The notes beneath the pieces were generated by a model. That model saw only the letters and a list, made by a program, of their open reading frames with translations. It had not been told where the DNA came from and did not search any database. This document shows, piece after piece, positions 47,701 to 56,630 of a stretch of DNA of 64,000 nucleotides. The stretch comes from a virus. Each line of letters starts with the position of its first letter. Position 1 is the stretch's first letter. The position numbers and the translations under genes are program-made. The DNA is taken from positions 32,001 through 96,000 of the IMG/VR virus record IMGVR_UViG_3300042562_002450. One strand, written 5' to 3'.

Positions 47701-48448
47701 GACTGAAATCGTATCAGCTTTTCAAGCTGCCGATTCAACTCTGAACGGAGCTATCACAAGCTTAGCTTCTTCTGCTTCTTCTGCTATAAGCACTGAACAG
47801 GCTGCTCGTATTGCTGCTGACTCTGCACTTCAAGGTGAAATTGATGCTGAAGAAGTTGCTCGTGCTGCGGCTGATACAACTCTTCAAAACAACATTAGCT
47901 CTGAAGCTTCTATTAGAGCAAGTGCAATTTCTTCTGTTCAATCAGCTGTTGATGCTGAAGAAACTAGAGCTATGGGTGTTGAAGCTCAGCTTCAATCTGA
48001 CCATGATGATCTTGATGGATATGCTCAAGATATTCGCTCTGATGTTGACGACTTGGATGGATACGCTCAGGATATTCGTTCTGATCTAGATAGCGAGATT
48101 TCTCGTGCTCAAGCAGCCGAGTCTTCAATCTCTTCAGCCTTGTCAGCCTTATCTGCAAGCCATGACTCAAGACTTGATGTACTTGAAGCACAAACAGATG
48201 GTCCATCTTTCCATAAAATGAAAATTGAAATTAGCACAAATCTTGTTTATGTTGAGCTTGCTCATCAAGCAATTGCTAACTCAATCGTAGTTTCTGTTGG
48301 TCGATTGATGGCTCACAAAGATGAAGACTTTACTGTTTCTGTTGTCGGTGGTGTAACACACCTCACTTGGATTGGCTCTATGGTCAGCCCAGATGGTGTT
48401 GAAGCAATCGAAAGCGGCGATAAAGTTTTTGTAACTTACGCTTACTAA
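44708..48448 (+). CDS. Long tail-fibre-like protein with internal beta-helix-like insert
   Basis: 1246 aa; coiled-coil repeats; VHVDAVNG.D..GRGS..RPFKTI motif; C-terminal domain shared with 38064 ORF. Confidence 0.7.
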   Translation: MSLQIKKKNLGSNEVDGSKILLAQGQAIRGFDQNGIEKDLIEFGESGEILVNGSEVTYKSVTDVIESDLSNEVARAISEEEALLEEINLGMRVSNDRWAATQAADTAIRSEFAAADSVEQSARIAGDETAQANLVSAEAGLIQLVESEELRASDAEILIAGRIDQEIFDRVAGDVSTLAESKSYTDGKVSLVLSNLDSTALDSLVEVVGAFQQADQDLNNAISGLATQLDVRIDQVDIDVDSLEMRMLSAEGNISNEVSRATSEELLLKSRVTTAEQDVDSLEMRMLSAEGNISNEVSRATSEELLLKSRATTSEQDIDSLEMRMLSSEGNISNEISRATSEELLIRSDFATADAAKLVEAKAYTDAQIATIPEVDLSGLETRVSNAESDIVALEVYSKNIVHVDAVNGIDEIGRGSLLRPFKTINFAYSQVPSLGNPSNTSYNANVGKFVTEKLIINLAPGRYTENVVLGFKRARVQLKGDGATIIGDVKTSVKLADFPCAALENMKASFPAPFTGVSAFMNIEISGNAGGGLESDPTSSVFTITGQASLAFEESTVAGFGTGLNWDSSHGQFYANLDSASVGNWVVTSSYTANMARALPSGVIEVDSCNIASSTTYRMFFGAVPYSYLTDFATWNVASKGTVNKAPNSGLTLKAHNSTFGNVIGPALTLGEIDGCRIYDIDRTMRGTVDNGSIIGSTSTSYLGFVNNQFRIFSGSGDLASFYKLGQAVGATRYKMDSVSHTTMSFNRSSSGVLTARALDLGAGVSFDFLDDARSISVADPATNYTRTASTVDASLEGIDTALGLKASSASVIAGNASSLVEAKAYTDTQIAAIPSVDLSSYETIANVDSKDAAKLVEAKAYADQVSSLAQDNAEDYTDSQIAAIPAVDLSNYYITSEVDELIAGQEAYSDEVADNTLTASIEASKAYADATFALITDVVSIDQSLMAAQEETALLRSEAFEAIGTENLRAFAAEASLQSQITNVLSNVDGAALDSLTEIVSAFQAADSTLNGAITSLASSASSAISTEQAARIAADSALQGEIDAEEVARAAADTTLQNNISSEASIRASAISSVQSAVDAEETRAMGVEAQLQSDHDDLDGYAQDIRSDVDDLDGYAQDIRSDLDSEISRAQAAESSISSALSALSASHDSRLDVLEAQTDGPSFHKMKIEISTNLVYVELAHQAIANSIVVSVGRLMAHKDEDFTVSVVGGVTHLTWIGSMVSPDGVEAIESGDKVFVTYAY
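45422..45745 (+). repeat. 117-nt tandem repeat, ~2.8 copies
   Basis: Units start 45422, 45539, 45656; encode DVDSLEMRMLSAEGNISNEVSRATSEELLLKSR.TT.EQ. Confidence 0.9.
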
Positions 48449-48456
48449 TTAATAAC

Positions 48457-48487
48457 AGTAGCACCGAGTAAAATCGGTGCTACTTTT
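48457..48487 (+). terminator. Rho-independent terminator
   Basis: AGTAGCACCGA / TCGGTGCTACT then TTT. Confidence 0.8.
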
Positions 48488-48545
48488 GTTAAGTGTTTTA
48501 AATTAATTATTAAAAATATTTAAGAAGGAAATTAATCCTTCTTTT

Positions 48546-50231
48546 ATGGGAGAGAAAATGGCTATATTTAATGTGCGGAAAAACGGGTCAGGTACGCATA
48601 CTGACATTAAAAGTGCTTACATGGCAGCTTCTTCTGGCGATACAATTGATATCGGAGAAGGAACTTTTACTGAATCAATCGAAGTTCTTAAACAAAACCT
48701 AAGCTTTACAGGAGCGGGGAAAGATCAAACAATCATCCAAGGTAACTATGTGGCGGGCGCTGTATCTCAAGCTGCTGGGTGTTCTTGGACTTCCGGTGAT
48801 AACTTCTTTACCTATACAACTCCGAGTACCGGCGGGGTTTTTGTTCCTTTTGCTGTTGGTATGTCTATTGGTGATACTTCAGCATCTTTAGCTACTCCGG
48901 GCGGGTTCCCTGCTGCTTCTCAGGTTACATCAATAGATGTCGCAAATAAAAAGGTTTATATCAATAAAACTTTTACTGCTACTCAAACAGCTAAAACAGT
49001 AAGACACTACGGTGTTCAGGCAACCTTTGAAGTGAGAGCTTCTGGCTTTTCTATGTCTAACCTAAAGGTTATTGATATGTCAGGAAGTGTTGTTTCTGGT
49101 TCTATTGAATACTCTGCTATATTCCTTGGTTCAAGGACAGTTACTCCCGCATTGAGTAAATACTCTGGTTCACATGCTTCAGGATTTAACATCAATAATT
49201 GCGAGATTGTTGCTGATGGCGACTCTGCTATTCTATCTGAGGGAAATGTCGGTGTTGGTAATGGTACTGTTGATTCTTGTATTATCTCAGGTAAAACATT
49301 TACAGGTCAATACTCACCAGGTACAGGTAACGCAGTAAAAAGTCCCGTTTTCTTTCAATCGGCTAACCTCCCTATTACATTTACAAATAATAAACTAGAT
49401 GTAATCTGTGGTGGTATGACGAATGCAGCTACTCCTATATATGGTGGAAACCAAATTGCGACAATTGATGCTTATGGATCTGTTGTAACTGGTAACCAAT
49501 TTAAAGGTAAAGCTGTTGATCCTTCTGGTTCATTTTTTAATTTGGCTAGTCTTTCTTTAAGAATGAGAGGAGGAGCAGCAACTGTTTCTAGTAACGTAAT
49601 CAAAGGATTTAATGGTTTAGTTACTGGCGGTTATTTGATCCTTCCAACTTATGCAAACCTTGCTGGTAAAACAATACCAGTAGGCGAGGTTGTTACTGTT
49701 TCTAATAGGTACTTTAAATGTACTGTAGAACACCTTTACGCTACAGACAAACATCCAGTCACAGGTACTTCTCCGGTAGCCCACTGGAGTGAGTTAACAG
49801 GAGACATTGCTGCGCTATTAATTGCAAACGGAAAAGCAAACTATCAAGCAAACTCAGGAACAAACATTACCGTAACTGCAGGTCTTGTCTCTGCATCTCA
49901 GCCTTCTGTTGGGCAACCAGTTGCTACAAACCTAGACAAAGCTCAATTAAAACTTGTGCCTAAGGTATCTGGCTCTGTTGCTTTTGCTGATGATACAAGC
50001 TGGGAACTAGTTTCTTGTATTTTCAAAAAAGCTGGTAGTTCTCAGAGAATCGTTATGTCTTTCAGAGATTTTTCTGCTCAAAAACTTGCCAAGCTAAAAG
50101 CTGGTATGGCTGGTGGTGATAATTTTCAATTACACAAAATCATCATCTCTAAGTCAGACAGAAGTTTGCTAGTTCTTAATCGTTCAGATATCGCTGAAGT
50201 TAGTGATAATGATTTTGCTTTAAAGTCTTAA
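48546..50231 (+). CDS. Pectin-lyase-like beta-helix protein (tail spike/depolymerase candidate)
   Basis: GSGTHTDIKSAYMAASSGDTIDIGEGTFTESI..K.NLSF.G.G.DQTII motif. Confidence 0.7.
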   Translation: MGEKMAIFNVRKNGSGTHTDIKSAYMAASSGDTIDIGEGTFTESIEVLKQNLSFTGAGKDQTIIQGNYVAGAVSQAAGCSWTSGDNFFTYTTPSTGGVFVPFAVGMSIGDTSASLATPGGFPAASQVTSIDVANKKVYINKTFTATQTAKTVRHYGVQATFEVRASGFSMSNLKVIDMSGSVVSGSIEYSAIFLGSRTVTPALSKYSGSHASGFNINNCEIVADGDSAILSEGNVGVGNGTVDSCIISGKTFTGQYSPGTGNAVKSPVFFQSANLPITFTNNKLDVICGGMTNAATPIYGGNQIATIDAYGSVVTGNQFKGKAVDPSGSFFNLASLSLRMRGGAATVSSNVIKGFNGLVTGGYLILPTYANLAGKTIPVGEVVTVSNRYFKCTVEHLYATDKHPVTGTSPVAHWSELTGDIAALLIANGKANYQANSGTNITVTAGLVSASQPSVGQPVATNLDKAQLKLVPKVSGSVAFADDTSWELVSCIFKKAGSSQRIVMSFRDFSAQKLAKLKAGMAGGDNFQLHKIIISKSDRSLLVLNRSDIAEVSDNDFALKS

Positions 50232-50242
50232 TTTCTTTTGCT

Positions 50243-50266
50243 GCGTAGAGGCGAAAGTCTCTACGC
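50243..50266 (+). terminator. GAAA-loop hairpin, probable terminator
   Basis: GCGTAGAGGC-GAAA-GTCTCTACGC. Confidence 0.65.
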
Positions 50267-50438
50267 TTCTAATATGCAGTATAGAAGCATTTTTTAATCC
50301 ATAATCTAAAAATATTTAATATCATTAATTGCTTTTGCAATAGCAATATTCAGTAAATTAAACTATTATATAAATCATACACCATAAAGTGTTTAGATAT
50401 TTAATCCTTAACTTTACATAATATATAGGAAAATAGAA

Positions 50439-51485
50439 ATGATAAAACCAGTTGGCCTAGATGTTGGTACTCATATGTTAATTGCTTCTGAAGCTGATGC
50501 TTCTGGAGAAGTAACCTATAAAGAACAAGTTGATGCATTTTTTGTAATGGAATCAACAGATGAAGCAAAAAACATGCTAGACACACTCTCTGTCCCTTAC
50601 TCTGAAAAGAATGGAAAGACATATGTACTAGGTGAAGAAGCTAGAAAATTTGCAAATATGTTTAAGCAAGAGACTCGCCGCCCAATGCAAACGGGATGTC
50701 TTAATAAAAAAGACATTGAAGCACTTGGAATGCTTAACGCACTACTTTCTAATCTGCTAGAAAATGGCAATGGTTCCCCTATCGTCTATTCAGTCACATC
50801 TCAGCCATTAGGTAGTGAGATGAGCTTTGACTATCACAGGGCTCAAGTAGAGTCTCTATTAAAAGGAATGGGATATGAACCTAAGCCTATTCAAGAGGCT
50901 AGGGCAATTGCTCTCGCTGAGTTGGCCGCTGATCGCTTTACTGGTCTTGCTATCTCTTGTGGATCTGGCACTACCACTGTTTGGCTTGGTTTGTTGGGAA
51001 TGGATAATCCAAATTTTCAGTTTTCCATTGATCGTGGTGGTGATTGGATTGACACTAATGCTGCTGAGAATTTTGCCGGATTGACAAGAACTAAAGTTCA
51101 GACAGTAAAAGAGCGTGGCATTAAAATTAAAGAATATGAAAATGTTGAGACAGACCATCTTTCTGGCCATGAGCTTACTGAAGCTAGAGCTAAGCAAGCA
51201 CTATCTATTTACTATAGAGAGTATATCCGAGCTGTAGTTAAAGGTATTAAATATAAACTCGATAAAGAACAGCTACCTGAGTTTGATGGACCAATTCCAA
51301 TTGTTATTGCAGGTGGAACTAGTTCTCCTTCTGACTTTGTAGAAGTCTTCAAAGAAGAATGGGACAAAGCAAAGACTGGGCTAGATATCTCTGAAATCAG
51401 AAGAGCTAATGATCAATTCCGAGCTGTGTCTAAAGGTTGTTTAATTGCTGCTCAGCTTGAAGCAAAAAAGATGCTTAAGAAATAA
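50439..51485 (+). CDS. Actin/Hsp70-fold ATPase (ParM/MreB/FtsA superfamily)
   Basis: GLDVGT phosphate 1, QEARA connect 1, SCGSGTT phosphate 2, IAGGTS adenosine, AVSKG connect 2. Confidence 0.85.
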   Translation: MIKPVGLDVGTHMLIASEADASGEVTYKEQVDAFFVMESTDEAKNMLDTLSVPYSEKNGKTYVLGEEARKFANMFKQETRRPMQTGCLNKKDIEALGMLNALLSNLLENGNGSPIVYSVTSQPLGSEMSFDYHRAQVESLLKGMGYEPKPIQEARAIALAELAADRFTGLAISCGSGTTTVWLGLLGMDNPNFQFSIDRGGDWIDTNAAENFAGLTRTKVQTVKERGIKIKEYENVETDHLSGHELTEARAKQALSIYYREYIRAVVKGIKYKLDKEQLPEFDGPIPIVIAGGTSSPSDFVEVFKEEWDKAKTGLDISEIRRANDQFRAVSKGCLIAAQLEAKKMLKK

Positions 51486-51487
51486 AC

Positions 51488-51516
51488 TTGGCATGAAGTC
51501 ATTTTTTAAATATAAT
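51488..51516 (+). promoter_or_regulatory. Sigma70-like promoter
   Basis: TTGGCA-17 nt-TATAAT. Confidence 0.65.
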
Positions 51517-51559
51517 AAAAGACTAATGGTATTAAATCCAGTCTAGGAGTTTTGATACA

Positions 51560-52009
51560 ATGTATGCTAAACATGAAAAGTATATTGATACTGCCGTCGA
51601 TGGTATGATTTTCGACATTGAACATAATCTTAAAACTATGATGCCATTAGCATCCCTGTATGAGCCAATCGGCTTAACAGATTTCCGCTCCGTTTCTCTT
51701 TATGATTCAAGGGTTGGTTTTATTGAATCTAAAGGTCTTAATGTAAGTAGAGTAAGTTTTAGTGCACCGTTTCAAGGTTACATCTCATTCTTAGATATTA
51801 AGAATGCAAAACCCAGTCTTGAAGATCGATTAAACAAAATTGAGTCTACAATCTCTTCTGCGATTCAGCAGCAAAAAAGTTTTACTACCATTTCTCAATG
51901 GAAGGAAATGAATAATTTTGAAGAAAAAGAACTTCAGGTGTTAAGAAGTGCAATTAACGTTCTGAGTAATCAATTGAGTTCATTAGAAGAGGAAGTAAAA
52001 AACCTCTAA
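51560..52009 (+). CDS. Hypothetical protein with C-terminal coiled coil
   Basis: 149 aa; AGGAG RBS. Confidence 0.7.
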   Translation: MYAKHEKYIDTAVDGMIFDIEHNLKTMMPLASLYEPIGLTDFRSVSLYDSRVGFIESKGLNVSRVSFSAPFQGYISFLDIKNAKPSLEDRLNKIESTISSAIQQQKSFTTISQWKEMNNFEEKELQVLRSAINVLSNQLSSLEEEVKNL

Positions 52010-52018
52010 GACAGATGT

Positions 52019-52100
52019 GGTTTATTGGGAACTATAGTTGTATATATTTTTAGCCTGACCAAAAGCTTCTATTGTCCCAATAAACCCTACTGTTTCTTTT
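52019..52100. terminator. Long inverted repeat between convergent genes
   Basis: GGTTTATTGGGA 52019-52030 / TCCCAATAAACC 52075-52086, followed by T-rich tract. Confidence 0.6.
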
Positions 52101-52125
52101 TTTTTGTTTTATTATTTTAACATTA

Positions 52126-52548
52126 TTATATTTCTAAGTCTTGTAGAATATCCATACTTTCTTTTATCGAATCTTTACTTTTCGAAGTTTTCCCAATCTT
52201 TCCTTTTATTTCAATCTTTTCAGTTTTAATTATAACTGGACCATCATCATAATTAAAGGTCTGCTTATTGATGTCATCTGGTTGTCGTCTGGTGAATTCA
52301 GGATATGCATGCGACTGCAGCTTGTCTCCTATTCTTTCGATAATCCTATTTGCAATATCATCGACATCTAATGAAACTTCTACCTTATTTTCTCTCATAA
52401 AAGCAACCATCATGCGCTCTGCGATATCTGAAGCTTTTTTTAAAAGATCATGCTCAAGATCTAATGTGTTAAAGTAATACTGCTTGTCTCTTACAATGTT
52501 GACTGGTGGAACTCTTAGATTTTTTGTTTGTGTTGTTCTTTGTGACAT
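52126..52548 (-). CDS. Hypothetical protein
   Basis: 140 aa ORF. Confidence 0.65.
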   Translation of the reverse strand: MSQRTTQTKNLRVPPVNIVRDKQYYFNTLDLEHDLLKKASDIAERMMVAFMRENKVEVSLDVDDIANRIIERIGDKLQSHAYPEFTRRQPDDINKQTFNYDDGPVIIKTEKIEIKGKIGKTSKSKDSIKESMDILQDLEI

Positions 52549-52633
52549 ATCTTATTGTAACTAAAAAATATTTTAATGACTAGCAAAGACTCATCTCCTT
52601 TACTTTTCTCTTCTCTACAATTAATATAAGCTA

Positions 52634-53692
52634 ATGATTATCTCAGATAGCATCAATATATACTTAAAGACCACAGAGACATGTAACTTGAATTGTGATC
52701 ATTGTTTTACCTCTGGAAGCAAAGGTAGGAAGATTTTTTTTAATCCAGAGAAAACATTTCTTTTTCTAGATAAGCTTTTTAGTCATCAGAAATACAAGCA
52801 TAAAAAAGTTATTCTTCATGGTGGAGAGCCGATGCTTGCACCTGCCTCTGATATTAGAAAGATACATAAGTTAATAAAAGATAAGTATCCTGAAACAGAA
52901 TTTAGTCTACAGACAAATCTAGTATATAAGTTAAACGAAGAGCGGCAATCCTTAATTGATGATCTTTTTCTTGAAAAAGGAATGGGAACATCTTGGGATT
53001 ACAAGATGAGATTTGCTTCTTATCAACAGCAGCTTCAGTGGGAAGATAATGTTCGAGCTCTACTAGCCAAAGGTCATTACCTTTCTGTTATGGTATCTTT
53101 AAACAAAGACTTACTTGATAACTTTGAGCCTGTAGATATCATTCAGTACTTTATTGATCTTGGGATTCAGCATGTTCTTTTTGAACGCATAACCTCTAAT
53201 GGTAACGCTCTACTTAATCCTAACATTCAGCCTCAGAATAAAGATCTAGATGCTTGGCTTCTAAAGATGTATGAACAGACAATAGAATATAAGCTCTATG
53301 ATAAAATCCATAATATGTTTCTTGATGAAATAGCTACGACTTATGTTAATAGGATCCATGCTGGAAACAGATGTAGAAACTGTGAACAAAGCCTAGTTAC
53401 CATTAATGCTGATGGTAGTCTTTCTGGATGTCCTAATAGTGCTGCTAGCGAATACTGGGGAAATATTGAATGGTCGATCCAAGAAAATCTTTCCTCTAAA
53501 AAAAGATTGAAGACAATGGCTTGTGAGCTTAAGCGAAATGATAACTGCCTAACTTGTCCTGTGAATAGTATCTGCAATGGTGATTGTCATAGACTCCCCT
53601 GGCAAGGTGATATCTGCGCGGCTCCCAAAAGCCTAATGAAGATGATGAAAGAACAAAATAAGATTGAAGATTACAGAAAGTTAATGTTATGA
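52634..53692 (+). CDS. Radical SAM/SPASM protein 1
   Basis: CNLNCDHC, HGGEP, QTNL; SPASM CEQ..INADG.LSGC, CLTCPVNSICNGDC..C. Confidence 0.93.
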   Translation: MIISDSINIYLKTTETCNLNCDHCFTSGSKGRKIFFNPEKTFLFLDKLFSHQKYKHKKVILHGGEPMLAPASDIRKIHKLIKDKYPETEFSLQTNLVYKLNEERQSLIDDLFLEKGMGTSWDYKMRFASYQQQLQWEDNVRALLAKGHYLSVMVSLNKDLLDNFEPVDIIQYFIDLGIQHVLFERITSNGNALLNPNIQPQNKDLDAWLLKMYEQTIEYKLYDKIHNMFLDEIATTYVNRIHAGNRCRNCEQSLVTINADGSLSGCPNSAASEYWGNIEWSIQENLSSKKRLKTMACELKRNDNCLTCPVNSICNGDCHRLPWQGDICAAPKSLMKMMKEQNKIEDYRKLML

Positions 53693-54144
53693 ATTGGAAA
53701 ATGAGATCTAAGATATATCACATGATGACTCCTGAGCCAGGAGACAATCTTGAGAAAGAAACCATTGTTGAAGAGTGGGACAAAAAAAGTATTATAAAAA
53801 GAGCAATCGAATATCCAACTTTTCAAACTAAAGAGTTATATTATCCAGCGAAGTCATATGCAATTGCTACATTGTATGCTATTCTTTTGACTGAAAATTT
53901 TGGTGGCGAACCTCTTGATTATTTAAAAGATCCAGAATTACTTGCAGGAAATGATCCATATTTCAAACCTTACGATAGCTCTAATAAAGATATTTATTCA
54001 ATAATTTGGAGCCATATTTTTCTAGCATTGGAAGATGGTTCAGAAAAAACTTCTGAAAATTTTAATAAATCTGTACAATATTTCTACGAGGAATTTTTAC
54101 TTGCTGAAAATACAAAAGTCTACTTGCCTCCTGACGAAAGATGA
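53689..54144 (+). CDS. Hypothetical protein in radical SAM cluster
   Basis: 151 aa, ATGA-coupled to rSAM 1. Confidence 0.75.
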   Translation: MNWKMRSKIYHMMTPEPGDNLEKETIVEEWDKKSIIKRAIEYPTFQTKELYYPAKSYAIATLYAILLTENFGGEPLDYLKDPELLAGNDPYFKPYDSSNKDIYSIIWSHIFLALEDGSEKTSENFNKSVQYFYEEFLLAENTKVYLPPDER

Positions 54145-54634
54145 AATCAATAGTCTTATCTATGACTATGATCTATATCTATCTAAGAGCTTTTACATAA
54201 TCAATAAAGAACGGAAAGAATACAATGAAGATAATCATTCTCCAGATTTTATGTCTCATATACAAAAACTTGAAAAAGCATCCGGTGAAGGCTGCACTAT
54301 CATTGTTAAGAATATGGAAAGATATAACAGCCAAATACAAGAAACGGCAGAAGAGCTAGCACCAGGAACAGACGTTCATCTTTACTTAGTATTCGCTGAA
54401 GAAAGTGGAGATAGTTTTAATTGGCATAGAGATGATAAACCAGTTTGGATAAAAATGATCTATGGTGAGAAATTTTTTTCAATTAGATCAAGAGCAAAAG
54501 AAACTGTTTTCATAGATTCCTATAAAGTAAAAGAAAATGGATACTTATATATTGGATTAAGAGAGCATAGAGCTGAACCAATGGGACCATCTGCTATGTT
54601 AAGCTTTGGCTTGCCCAATCAAGAAGATCTCTAA
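54035..54634 (+). CDS. JmjC/cupin-like Fe(II) oxygenase (start uncertain)
   Basis: FNWHRDD..VWIKMIYGEK, LYIG..EHRA..SAMLSFG. Confidence 0.7.
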   Translation: MVQKKLLKILINLYNISTRNFYLLKIQKSTCLLTKDEINSLIYDYDLYLSKSFYIINKERKEYNEDNHSPDFMSHIQKLEKASGEGCTIIVKNMERYNSQIQETAEELAPGTDVHLYLVFAEESGDSFNWHRDDKPVWIKMIYGEKFFSIRSRAKETVFIDSYKVKENGYLYIGLREHRAEPMGPSAMLSFGLPNQEDL

Positions 54635-55532
54635 AACCACTACATGATTTTTCAATTGATTTAACATCGCGATAATGTTCTGTTAAGCATCGTCCCAAGT
54701 AAGGACATGCTGAACATATCGGATTTGATTTAACCTTAGTCTTTTCTAATCTAGCCCATAACAAGTATTCGTTAAAGCTATCCATCTCAAAAAAGTACTC
54801 ATTTTGTTCCAGATCAAACTCGAGAACGCCAAACTTTCCATTGGGAGTAATATAAACATGGCTATCACTATAAGCAGAATATAAACCACTGAGACTATCC
54901 TTGATCCTGTTTTTATTTATAAATGTAAAGTTTTTACGAATAGGAGAGATTAACCATTGCTTAACAAATTCTTCATACTCCTTATCAGTTACAGGTAAGG
55001 TATTTGCTTGGTTAGATGAGTATGGCTTTATCTCAACTGAAACTACATTTTGATATGTATTAAGTATACCGATCATCCTGTTAATGTCTAATTTCAACAA
55101 GTTAGGTGATGCCAACATTAGTATGGCAATTGGTTTCGATATCTTAGCCATGTTACTAAGTACCAACTCATGCTTCTCTCTGGCTTCAAAATCTAAGCTA
55201 ACAGAAAGATCTACATAGTCATGTAAGAAATATGAATTTATTTTAGAAAGATTTGTGATAACACTTATGCTTGGTTTCGAATAAACATTTAAAATTTCAT
55301 CTAATTTTTCCAAATAAGTAGGAGAAAGCAATCCTACTTCTCCACCATACAGATCTACGTGCTCTATGTAATAGCCATGGCTTCTTATCTCTTCAACCAT
55401 TGCAACAAGCCTTGATGGATCTAGTTTCTTTTGATCAGCTAATTGTTCTGGTCTAAGATAACAAAACTCACATCTAAAGTTACAAAGATATGTTGGATTT
55501 AAAGATATTGTTAATGGCTTAGCAGAGTCCAT
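54594..55532 (-). CDS. Radical SAM/SPASM-type protein 2
   Basis: CNFRCEFC, YGGE, ITNL; C-terminal CSACPYLGRC..C. Confidence 0.92.
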   Translation of the reverse strand: MDSAKPLTISLNPTYLCNFRCEFCYLRPEQLADQKKLDPSRLVAMVEEIRSHGYYIEHVDLYGGEVGLLSPTYLEKLDEILNVYSKPSISVITNLSKINSYFLHDYVDLSVSLDFEAREKHELVLSNMAKISKPIAILMLASPNLLKLDINRMIGILNTYQNVVSVEIKPYSSNQANTLPVTDKEYEEFVKQWLISPIRKNFTFINKNRIKDSLSGLYSAYSDSHVYITPNGKFGVLEFDLEQNEYFFEMDSFNEYLLWARLEKTKVKSNPICSACPYLGRCLTEHYRDVKSIEKSCSGFRDLLDWASQSLT

Positions 55533-56538
55533 GTTCTATTGCTCTCTTTCTAAACTCTTTCATTTTGACACAGCTTTCTTCGACAAGATTGTGCCTCTTT
55601 AGATCTTGAACTGTTTTATAGCATCCATTACATATAATAAAGTTTGGACAAGAAAGACATTCTTCTTTTTGATACTGAATGTTATGATCTGACTGTAGTG
55701 GCTTAAAGAATTCTCCAGCCATCTCTTTTTCAAAATCAATAGGATATTCCTGATCATCTCCCAATGATCCACATGATCCATACTCATATCCACTTTCGGA
55801 AACAGGCTGCAGATTTCTTATTCCCTCATCGCATTTTCTATTCTGAGGACATGTTGTAAATTCAGAGCCTTTGAGTCTCATAAGCATTTGTTTGGTAGAG
55901 TATTCCCATTCAGATAATCCAGCCTCGTATACGTTCATGTATATCTCATACATGTAACCAATAGGGAAAGGTCTCCCTTCTCTACCTGATGCCATTGCAT
56001 AATTCATCTTGCATTCAGCGCCGATATGTTTCGCAAGCCTTACATTGTTTAGTGCAAGATGCTTGTTATCTTCCGTAATTACAGAAATGAAATGTGGAAC
56101 ATATCCAAAGTCACCTTTGAATTTGTCTATAACTTTTAAAAATATTTCCTCAGTAAAGACTTGTCCTGGTCGTATTTGTCGGCTATCGCCATAATGAAAT
56201 GAAGTACATATTTGAACCTGAGATTGACTAAAAAGTTCTCTCCATTTGTCTGGATGAAGCCAATAGTCCCATAAGTTAGTAGTAAAACTGATGACACAAT
56301 CTGTCATCTTTCTTTCTTCTAGCATCTTAATTATTTGCCAGTAATACTCAGGAGATACCATAAGAGGATCTCCTCCATTTACTATTATTGTTTTAGTTTC
56401 TGGGAATCTATCAAGAAATTGACGGACCTTGTCTATATCAAGATCATCGATCGGTTTATTAGATTTTGCAATCTCTGTTGAGCTACAGAACGTACATGAG
56501 AAATTACACCTTTGCGTTGGCTTAATGATGAGATCCAT
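55519..56538 (-). CDS. Radical SAM/SPASM protein 3
   Basis: CNFSCTFC, NGGDP, TTNL; CPQNRKC..GSC, CLSCPNFIICNGC..C. Confidence 0.93.
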   Translation of the reverse strand: MDLIIKPTQRCNFSCTFCSSTEIAKSNKPIDDLDIDKVRQFLDRFPETKTIIVNGGDPLMVSPEYYWQIIKMLEERKMTDCVISFTTNLWDYWLHPDKWRELFSQSQVQICTSFHYGDSRQIRPGQVFTEEIFLKVIDKFKGDFGYVPHFISVITEDNKHLALNNVRLAKHIGAECKMNYAMASGREGRPFPIGYMYEIYMNVYEAGLSEWEYSTKQMLMRLKGSEFTTCPQNRKCDEGIRNLQPVSESGYEYGSCGSLGDDQEYPIDFEKEMAGEFFKPLQSDHNIQYQKEECLSCPNFIICNGCYKTVQDLKRHNLVEESCVKMKEFRKRAIEHGLC

Positions 56539-56630
56539 GCTTTCCTATTGTATTAAATTTTTAATTAATATATAATAACTTATCATAGTATAGTTTACAC
56601 TAACTTTAAAGTGATTTTAAAGGCAACCAG

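Noticed and set aside
38064-48448. Diversity-generating retroelement acting on tail fibres
   Set aside because: The repeats are in-frame coding duplications without adenine-specific mismatches, and no reverse transcriptase is present.
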